A stretch of 64,000 nucleotides of DNA from Tritrichomonas foetus (lineage: Eukaryota): contig CM083809.1 in NCBI GenBank assembly GCA_041260205.1, positions 1,922,001-1,986,000 on the forward strand, read 5' to 3'. The translations under genes and the position numbers were made by a program. The stretch's first letter is position 1. Each line of letters starts with the position of its first letter. This document shows positions 56,025 to 64,000 of the stretch, piece by piece. The notes beneath the pieces are model-generated. The model worked only from the letters and a program-made list of their open reading frames with translations. It had not been told where the DNA came from and ran no database searches.

Positions 56025-59000
56025 ATGTCAATAGCGCCCTATTCTGCAGAAAGTGCACAGGCGATTCAGTTAGTCGATGGTAAATTTAAACTATATTACG
56101 ACAAACAAAAGAAACAAGTTATATTTGACACAGGTGATGAAAAAATTAGTTTTAACGCAGTGTACACAAAAGAAGAAGTAGATAACATTATTAGCACAGG
56201 AGGAGATTTTAATCCTACTGCATTTCTAAAAGCTATTTTAGTTCCAGGAGCAGTAATAAAAATTTCACAGATTATGGGTGAAAAAATCTCTGATCTATTT
56301 GTTAAAACAACTGAGATGACTAGCGAAACATATAACGATCTTATGAAAGCATTAGAAAGAAATGCAATACTTACAGAAGATAATTTAGAGAGGATCATCA
56401 TTACAACACAAACAATGAATACAGAATTAGATAAAATAGATGGTGATGTATCAGATTTAATGACAGATTTTAATAAACTGTCTAGCAGAGTAGATAAAAT
56501 AAGGTCATGCACATGTGATCATGAACAAATAAAGGCAGATCATGAAATGGTCGAAAAACTTAGACAAAGAACACTAGGTATTGATACAGTTGTAGGCATA
56601 GATGAGAAAGGAGAAGAATACCCAATTTATTTAATGAACAACTGCGATATACAAACACTCGGAAAATCTGTCAGTGCTAATGTACCACCAATATTTTCAT
56701 TTGACTATTTCGACTATATTGATGCAAAAGATCCATTTAATCCAGAACCAAAAGCAATGACTAATGACGCACCACCTTTTGATCCAGACAATCCACTTTT
56801 TGGAACATATAATATGCCATGCTCTGTAAAACTAAATGGAACAATAAATGACATTCATCCAAAAGATATTATTACGGTAGATAATATAGATGACTTTGTA
56901 GGAGAAGGTGGAGTAAATCACTTTCATCCAGTTGACGGATTTCCTTATTTTAAACTCACTAATGATCGTTTGAAACGAGTAGCTGATGATAAATATAATG
57001 GATGCCAGATTATATTTCCAGATGATCTTATTGATGCTCTAAAATGTATTGCAAAAGAAACACCTATCATTGAGGTAAATATAAAACGAAATATTTTCTT
57101 TGACGAAACAGATACAGTCATAAACAAAGTTTATATAAAATACTCTAATGAAAAGTTTATTAATCCATTGATCACATACGCCGAGCAAAAATACTCACTG
57201 ACCTATTCTGAACCATCAGACGATGCTGGAATATATTTCGATAAGAATAGTTCACAAACACCATATCAGTTATATTTAGAAGGAGATCTATCATTTACTT
57301 TTCTTTTATCACAAAACTCACTTAAATCAGATAGACCAACTGTTAAATGTGAAATAATAGATGCCAAAAATGCTCTTCAGTTAAGAGAGTCAGACATATA
57401 TTATTTCTATAAACCAAAACGATGTACAGAAGAAATAATCGATGGTGTAGAGTACTGGAAAATGATTTATGAGGTCGACAATAACTATACATTTCCTAAT
57501 GACCAACCATTTACATTTACGGATAAGGCAATGGGTCTTCAGTGGAATTTAACTTATGATTCATCAACGAAAAAATGGGATGGTAAAAATGTTCAGAATA
57601 GACTCTACTCAAATGGTATTAGTTTAGATCTAAAATCAGTTTCTGGTGGTTTATGGGTTCAAATAGCACGCGAGGAACCGATGCTAACATGGATGAAAAC
57701 ATATTATAACTATGACGGAAATCTTGCTGAGTACTTTACTAATAATAAACTGATAACAATATATTATCAATATGAGGACGGAACAAGATTTGAGATACCA
57801 GAAGAGGATATAACTTACAAAAAAGGTGAGCAAGCAACATTAAAGGAACATTTATGGGATCGTGTGCATGCTGAAATAAAAGCAGAACACATTCCAAATA
57901 GACCAGTGAGCACAGTTGGAACAAAATATAAAATCATTGGTGTTATTAATATAGATGATTATAGAACTGAGATCGTTTATTATGACAGATCACCTCCTCA
58001 TACTACCATTTTATATGGCGAGAGTATTACTGATGGATTCTTTAGCTTAAATATGAGATACCAAAGAAGAATAGAAACAAATGGCATAGAACTATATGCA
58101 CGAAAGGATCTTATGACAGATTGGGAGAGTGAGTCAAATCCATTGCAATACATCACAGACAAAAAGTTTTATCAAGTCTCACCAAATCCAACAGCATGCA
58201 CGACTCTTTACACAGACTATAACATTACATCATCTAAAGTCATTACAGCAGATAATATAACAACAATGGCAGCAGATCTAAATATAGTCTCAAATAAAAC
58301 AGAAATGCTCACATCAGATTTAGATGCACTTAAGTCATCAATTGCGAGATGTTTCGAAGATTTGAGTTTACAACAAGAAAAGACTAAATTTGTGCAAGGC
58401 ATAACAAATGGTTTAATGTTTCTCATTGCTTCAGGTGGAATCATCACAAAAGGCATTTCTATTGCTGGTTCTACTATAAGTAATGTACTAGATTTTTCTT
58501 TTGGCGGTCATAATAGAAATATCACTGGCTATATAGGTCTTCCAACACAAGTCATTAATGTCGGTTTAGTCGATTTAAACGATCTCAGAAATATAACAGT
58601 GCTAGGTCCTGAGGTCAGAGATCCTTCTGGTCCTGTGCCAGAAAATACAGAAGAAGAAGATGCAGAAGACCAACACAAGCTTATGTCTGCATCAGCTGTG
58701 AATCGTTTATGTCTCAGGTACAGAAACTCAATGCAACCTGCATTTGAAGAAATTGGTAGGAGATTAGATGCAATAGATGGAGGCGGTGATAAACCAAGTA
58801 TTTTAGACGATTATATTACAGAAGAAGAACTAAATAAAGCATTAGAAAGCTATGTAAAACAAACAGATTTACCAGACTTTGATACATTCGCTACAAAAGA
58901 AGAACTGAAAGACTATGCTAAGAAGGAAGACATTTCAGGCGGTGGTGATACACATTTCACATCTGTTAAAGGCTTTCCATACTTTACTGTCACGAATGAT

Positions 59001-61715
59001 TTAATCAGTCATGATCAAATAACTAATTTATCAGTCAAATATAACTCATGTCAAATAAATATCCCAGACCAACTGAATCAAGCACTAAAATCTCTAAAAC
59101 AAAGAACAACAGTTTTTACTATTAAGTTTAGGAAGCCACTCTTTTATAACGAATCAGGCAACCTCATTTTAGACCTTTCCATAGAACATGATGGATCTAA
59201 ATTTTACTTCCCATTACTTCAGCAACATATGATGTATAAAAATAGGTTTATTTTGGTTCAGACTACATCAGAAATACCATCACATAAACCAGGACTATAT
59301 TTCGACGAAAAAGCAACTGACAATCCATACAACTTATACATGAATGGTATTGTTTCTTTTGTTTATGAACTGTCTCAGAACGCAATAGAATCAGATGTTC
59401 CGACTATTAAATGTGATACAATAGATGCGAGAAATGCTCTTAAACTCCATGAATCAGACATATTTTACTTTTATGAGCCAGATCTGTATTTAGAAGAAGT
59501 CATCGATGAAGAAGAGTGCTGGAAAATTGTTTATAATGTACCTTATGACTATACATTTCCGAATGGTCAGTTATTCGAACTAAAAGACTATGCCTGGGGT
59601 ATGACATGGAGTCTTACATATGATGCAGCTACGAAGAAATGGAATGGGAATAATTTACAGAACAGAATGAGTGCAAAAGTTTCAAATACATTTGCTGGTG
59701 CAGAAGGAATGATAGAATATTATGTTCGTCATGATGAAAATATGGGTAAATGGATGCTAGGTATGTTTAAAGAGCCAGATACTGTGAACTACGCAGAAAA
59801 GATCATAGCTCATGTCAATCCTCAATGGTACTACATAAACTCCTCAGGAGTAAAGACATCAATACCAATAGAGAATATAACATACTACCAAAACTCAGGC
59901 ACAACAACTAAAAACGGAATAAAATATGATCGAATGAAAGTCACTGTAAGGACAAAAGGAATAGACTACGAAGGAGGTATTACAAAAGCAAAACTCATTG
60001 CTATATTTGACATAAATGGCTATTCTACCGAAGTATCTTACTATGATCGTACTGAGAAAAACTCTAAGGACAGACCATTTGCAGTGGAAAATATCAGCGA
60101 AACAATAGATCAGTTTAATATGCGATACGAAAAAGTAGTAGAAAGCAAAACAGGTAATATTACTTTATACATGATGAAAAAATATATGATTGATACAGAT
60201 GAAATAGGGTGGAATGGTGTCACGAATCCATTTGAGTATATTATTACAAAGAAATTTTATGAAGTAATACCAAATCCAACAGCATGCACAACTCTTTACA
60301 CAGACTATAACATAACTTCTTCTAAAATAATTACTGCTGATAATATTACAACAATGGCAGCAGATCTAAACCTTGTTTCGAATCAAACAGAAGTATTATC
60401 AAACGATTTAGATGCACTTAAGTCCCATTTGAGTTCTATGATGGAAGATATGAAAATAGAGCAAGAAAAGACTGCTTGCATACAAGGCTTGACAAATGGT
60501 CTTATGATCATGTATGCCGCTGGAAGTATGGTTAAATCAGGTGTAAAAATAGCAGAAGACATAGTGAGTGAAGTTGGTAGTATTAAATTTAACACAGGAT
60601 CGGAGCTGATGGAAAATTTGGGGTATGTGGAACTAAAGGGAGATCTTAAGATATGGGAAGGCGTAACGGAATATGAAATGGATGTAGAAGGAATAATGGA
60701 TTTTGTCGAAGAAATAGAAGATGGATGGATGGACTACTACCCAATGGCTGCAAATGGAACTAACTCGCAAATGACATATCGTGAAATTTTAGACAAATCT
60801 ACTTTGTCAGTAGTGTCTATTAAACGACTGATCAAAAATGCACTAGCAGCACACAAGCCAGCATTTAGAGAGATCAGAGATAGACTCGTAGCTTTAGAAG
60901 GAGGAAATGGAATAGATCATACTCAATACGCACTCAAATCAGAAATAAGTAACGCACTCGAAACAAAACAGCTAACACTTAATACAGATAATAAAAGATT
61001 GGTATTAAGTGGAACGGGTCAACAGTTCACATTAAATATAAATGATGATACAACAAATAAAACTATATTTACTATTGCGCCAGGAATAGTACATTTTCAC
61101 TATAATCAGGTCAAAGTGGAAAATATTTTCATCGCTGGAAACTCAATACAACAGGTTATAAAAGTAGGTCAAACAACAAAGCCCACATCTACTGATAACG
61201 CAATTTATACTTCATTAATGTGTGATCAGAAATTTACGACAAAAGAAGAGACAACAGCTCTTACATCATCTATAGAGACATTAGTGAATGACATAGAAGC
61301 CAATTACATTACTGCTAAAGACATTAGCGAAACATACGCAACCAAGGAGGAATTGAAAAATGTGAATGTATCAACTGATGTGATAGACTGTCGATCATTT
61401 ACATATAGGATGAATGACAAAACAGGAAAAGAACATGTATTAACTTTCGAGAGAGGTATAGCTGGTCAATGTGAAGATGTTGTTATTAAACTGGATGATA
61501 GTCGGTGCATGAGAATAAACCCTTCTGGTGAAATAGGTATAAATAATCACATATACATGGACGGTAATATTATAGTAAATGCAGCTGACATTAGTGTCAA
61601 TTCTGGCAATATTTACATTAATGGTGCAGAAGTAGCTCTAAAGGAAGACTATGATGCTTTATTGGCTCGAGTTGAGGCATTGGAGGCAAAAATAAACGAA
61701 CTAACTAAAACTTAA
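56025..61715 (+). CDS. Large fibre/spike-like protein (about 1896 aa) with an internally duplicated module
   Basis: Coiled-coil segments, ATKEELK-type motifs, duplicated HF..V.GFPYF to QEKT..QG.TNGLM module, C-terminal YDALLARVEALEAKINEL. Confidence 0.6.
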   Translation: MSIAPYSAESAQAIQLVDGKFKLYYDKQKKQVIFDTGDEKISFNAVYTKEEVDNIISTGGDFNPTAFLKAILVPGAVIKISQIMGEKISDLFVKTTEMTSETYNDLMKALERNAILTEDNLERIIITTQTMNTELDKIDGDVSDLMTDFNKLSSRVDKIRSCTCDHEQIKADHEMVEKLRQRTLGIDTVVGIDEKGEEYPIYLMNNCDIQTLGKSVSANVPPIFSFDYFDYIDAKDPFNPEPKAMTNDAPPFDPDNPLFGTYNMPCSVKLNGTINDIHPKDIITVDNIDDFVGEGGVNHFHPVDGFPYFKLTNDRLKRVADDKYNGCQIIFPDDLIDALKCIAKETPIIEVNIKRNIFFDETDTVINKVYIKYSNEKFINPLITYAEQKYSLTYSEPSDDAGIYFDKNSSQTPYQLYLEGDLSFTFLLSQNSLKSDRPTVKCEIIDAKNALQLRESDIYYFYKPKRCTEEIIDGVEYWKMIYEVDNNYTFPNDQPFTFTDKAMGLQWNLTYDSSTKKWDGKNVQNRLYSNGISLDLKSVSGGLWVQIAREEPMLTWMKTYYNYDGNLAEYFTNNKLITIYYQYEDGTRFEIPEEDITYKKGEQATLKEHLWDRVHAEIKAEHIPNRPVSTVGTKYKIIGVINIDDYRTEIVYYDRSPPHTTILYGESITDGFFSLNMRYQRRIETNGIELYARKDLMTDWESESNPLQYITDKKFYQVSPNPTACTTLYTDYNITSSKVITADNITTMAADLNIVSNKTEMLTSDLDALKSSIARCFEDLSLQQEKTKFVQGITNGLMFLIASGGIITKGISIAGSTISNVLDFSFGGHNRNITGYIGLPTQVINVGLVDLNDLRNITVLGPEVRDPSGPVPENTEEEDAEDQHKLMSASAVNRLCLRYRNSMQPAFEEIGRRLDAIDGGGDKPSILDDYITEEELNKALESYVKQTDLPDFDTFATKEELKDYAKKEDISGGGDTHFTSVKGFPYFTVTNDLISHDQITNLSVKYNSCQINIPDQLNQALKSLKQRTTVFTIKFRKPLFYNESGNLILDLSIEHDGSKFYFPLLQQHMMYKNRFILVQTTSEIPSHKPGLYFDEKATDNPYNLYMNGIVSFVYELSQNAIESDVPTIKCDTIDARNALKLHESDIFYFYEPDLYLEEVIDEEECWKIVYNVPYDYTFPNGQLFELKDYAWGMTWSLTYDAATKKWNGNNLQNRMSAKVSNTFAGAEGMIEYYVRHDENMGKWMLGMFKEPDTVNYAEKIIAHVNPQWYYINSSGVKTSIPIENITYYQNSGTTTKNGIKYDRMKVTVRTKGIDYEGGITKAKLIAIFDINGYSTEVSYYDRTEKNSKDRPFAVENISETIDQFNMRYEKVVESKTGNITLYMMKKYMIDTDEIGWNGVTNPFEYIITKKFYEVIPNPTACTTLYTDYNITSSKIITADNITTMAADLNLVSNQTEVLSNDLDALKSHLSSMMEDMKIEQEKTACIQGLTNGLMIMYAAGSMVKSGVKIAEDIVSEVGSIKFNTGSELMENLGYVELKGDLKIWEGVTEYEMDVEGIMDFVEEIEDGWMDYYPMAANGTNSQMTYREILDKSTLSVVSIKRLIKNALAAHKPAFREIRDRLVALEGGNGIDHTQYALKSEISNALETKQLTLNTDNKRLVLSGTGQQFTLNINDDTTNKTIFTIAPGIVHFHYNQVKVENIFIAGNSIQQVIKVGQTTKPTSTDNAIYTSLMCDQKFTTKEETTALTSSIETLVNDIEANYITAKDISETYATKEELKNVNVSTDVIDCRSFTYRMNDKTGKEHVLTFERGIAGQCEDVVIKLDDSRCMRINPSGEIGINNHIYMDGNIIVNAADISVNSGNIYINGAEVALKEDYDALLARVEALEAKINELTKT

Positions 61716-64000
61716 GTTTTCTAGTGAAATTATTTAAGTTTATTTGCTCATACATTCTGGTCTTTCTGAAACAGTTGGCGCCATCCAATAGATTAAATGT
61801 TATTTCTTCCCCATCATACATCTTAATATATAACTCTTCTACTGATATATTATTATTTTTGCAATAGTTAAGAGCTACTTGTTTCGGTACACCTTTCATT
61901 CTAATATGTAAACCCTCATTACTCTTTGCATCAACCAAAATATCTAAATAACTTTTCTTTCCTAACGCAATAAGTTTTCTGCTATGTATTGAGCCAACAG
62001 CACCATCAAACCTATCAAAGTCATTATGAAACTGTGTCAAATCTTCTCCGATAAGTTCTTTATTATATTTTTCTTTATATAGCTCACCTATCTTTTTTAC
62101 ATCTTCTTCTCGTAAATGCATCGAATCTGTGTCCTGATAAAATAAGTCAATATTATTTTGTTCTGCTAAACACATCACCCTATTCATTATATGTTTTGAC
62201 CAACTTAAAACAGTAGCTCCAAATTGTGGACAGTTAAAATGATCAATAATAGGTTTAATAACTTTTGCATAACTTTTGTCAATACCTTCTTTAGAATCTA
62301 TTTGTTCTATAAAATTATAATGACGGATAATAAATTTATCTAAATCTTTGTTGTTAATACATTTTGTTTCTACTGGTACAGCTTTTAAAATACTTTTACC
62401 ATAAATAGAGTTTAGTAAAAGTTTTATAGTCTTTTCGATAGGATTTTTTGCCTTCTTATATTTCTTTCGTAATAAGAATAAGTTTCGAATAAACTCATTT
62501 ATTTTTGTATTAAATCCCTCATTAAAATAATATCCTCTAACTATCTCATATTCGACGTCATAAAACTCAATCAAATCTAATAATCCTCTTTTGTCAATAT
62601 AAAAGTGCTCAACTGGTTTATTATGGTATATTTTAGATCCTTCGTCATTTTTTGAGAACACTTGACCGAATCCATACTCGCGCTCACTTTTACATCGTAA
62701 ACTTTTTATATTTATTTCCACAAAAAACGTATCATATTTAAATATATCTTTACTTTTTAGCTCTTCGTCAGAAATGACTTTAGGTACTCCTTTCGGTATT
62801 CCATCCATTATATACATCGCTGATGGGTAAAGTGAAACAGCATCAAAATCTTGTATTTTTCCTTCGACAATAAGTTTTTTATTATTTCGAACCATTGTTC
62901 TTCCACCTGAAACACATCGTAAAATAAAATCCTGAGGTTTACCAGAAAGCTCATAACAACCTTCTAAGCATCCATAACTTAGACAAAATGAATATCCTAT
63001 AGCTGATACAGATAAATAGCTGTGAATAGAAGACATTTTACCGTTCATGATTTCTCTAAGGTCCTGATTAAACTTATTCATTCCTTGCATTAATACAACA
63101 CAATCCATTTTACAGTAAAACTCAGCATATTTTATTATGTCAATTTTTCCATCTTTTTCACATGATGCAAGTTTAACGTTTTTATATAGTTGTTTCTTAT
63201 CTTCGTTCAGTTGCTCATCTGTTTTACGATCTGCATTTTCTTTGCAATATTGTTCGAAGAACTCATCGAATGGAATATATTGTCTATTTCTATTTTCTTC
63301 TGTATATAACTTATACGCCATTATTTCCTTTTGTACGTTTAGACCAAACATTTCATGAAACATTGCAAGCTTTGCTGGGATGATAGAATAAGAGTTGCGA
63401 AATGTTAATTTTTTTTCGATCTTTCCATTTTTTACTTTTAGCATAATAATTTGTAATATTGTTCCAGTTCGTTCTATCATATAACTTTCCCATTCAGTAG
63501 GACAGTTTAAGAAAAAACATGCGTCATATTTTAGGTTATGAAAATATATTAATGAGTCATGTACTAAATATTCTAATAAATCATTTCCGATATTATTTCC
63601 TTTTATCACTTTACTATATACTTTATTTTTATTGCTACCTTGCGACATTACAACACACATATAAGGTGTATGTGGAGATGTTGTCGGATCTGTTTCAAAA
63701 TCTGCATAATATATTCTGCTCCATTTCGTAAAGTTTGGCTTATAGTTTATAGATCTTGCCGAACATTCTTCATCATACACTAAGCATTCGTAATCGGGGA
63801 GTCTATTCTTAAATTCACATGTGCTCAACAGCTCATAATCACTTTTTGTGAATGGCTGAAAAAGTTTTAAGTCGAACATCAATCGTAAAATGCCCATCGG
63901 TAGAGATGGTTTCTTAGAATATATTGGGTATCCTTTCTGATTAATACTTCTGATCATATAAATCTTTCCATTTTCGATCAGTTCTGGATATTGTTCACGG
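61705..64000 (-). CDS. Protein-primed family B DNA polymerase (pPolB), 5'-partial
   Basis: ExoI YADFET, ExoII FHNLKYD, ExoIII YCKMD, PolA DFDAVSLYPSAM, PolB KLLLNSIYGK, PolC YQDTDS; frame open to the window edge. Confidence 0.95.
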   Translation of the reverse strand, partial: REQYPELIENGKIYMIRSINQKGYPIYSKKPSLPMGILRLMFDLKLFQPFTKSDYELLSTCEFKNRLPDYECLVYDEECSARSINYKPNFTKWSRIYYADFETDPTTSPHTPYMCVVMSQGSNKNKVYSKVIKGNNIGNDLLEYLVHDSLIYFHNLKYDACFFLNCPTEWESYMIERTGTILQIIMLKVKNGKIEKKLTFRNSYSIIPAKLAMFHEMFGLNVQKEIMAYKLYTEENRNRQYIPFDEFFEQYCKENADRKTDEQLNEDKKQLYKNVKLASCEKDGKIDIIKYAEFYCKMDCVVLMQGMNKFNQDLREIMNGKMSSIHSYLSVSAIGYSFCLSYGCLEGCYELSGKPQDFILRCVSGGRTMVRNNKKLIVEGKIQDFDAVSLYPSAMYIMDGIPKGVPKVISDEELKSKDIFKYDTFFVEINIKSLRCKSEREYGFGQVFSKNDEGSKIYHNKPVEHFYIDKRGLLDLIEFYDVEYEIVRGYYFNEGFNTKINEFIRNLFLLRKKYKKAKNPIEKTIKLLLNSIYGKSILKAVPVETKCINNKDLDKFIIRHYNFIEQIDSKEGIDKSYAKVIKPIIDHFNCPQFGATVLSWSKHIMNRVMCLAEQNNIDLFYQDTDSMHLREEDVKKIGELYKEKYNKELIGEDLTQFHNDFDRFDGAVGSIHSRKLIALGKKSYLDILVDAKSNEGLHIRMKGVPKQVALNYCKNNNISVEELYIKMYDGEEITFNLLDGANCFRKTRMYEQINLNNFTRKLKF

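Larger units (their letters stand above)
53289..64000. mobile_element. Maverick/Polinton (virus-like DNA transposon), left end; continues beyond the window
   Basis: AG(G/T)AGTAG terminus, TIR shared with 5091-5308, subterminal repeats, tightly packed overlapping ORFs, protein-primed PolB. Confidence 0.9.

Overview
AT-rich eukaryotic DNA with compact, essentially intron-free genes. The gene repertoire (DUF3447-ankyrin, Myb, Rab, CAMK, mariner, Maverick) suggests a parabasalid (Tritrichomonas/Trichomonas-like) protist; this assignment is inferred. Host genes: CFAP410-like LRR protein, metacaspase, R2R3-Myb, CDF transporter, FHA/MCRS1-like, Rab, tetraspanin-like, DUF3447-ankyrin, RhoGDI, CEP192/SPD-2-like, HEAT-repeat protein, amino-acid permease, PITP, CAMK kinase, sirtuin and a GT31-like protein. 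Mobile DNA: a transposon graveyard at about 3-10 kb, an intact DD34D mariner, a tyrosine-recombinase remnant, a hAT transposase flanked by inverted 18-bp arrays, and the left ~10.7 kb of a Maverick/Polinton (AGTAG terminus, penton-like gene, ~1900-aa fibre-like gene, protein-primed PolB) inserted into a MULE. Two signals stand out. (1) An ankyrin gene has eight 63-64 nt inserts, one per repeat. All start with ATT and end with TAA, TAT or CAA, none is GT-AG, and all carry TTCAA exactly 29 nt from the 3' end; removing them yields one 723-aa ORF, so they are candidate non-canonical introns. (2) A ~350-nt non-coding segment in the Maverick folds by eye into about ten nested helices and is a candidate structured RNA.
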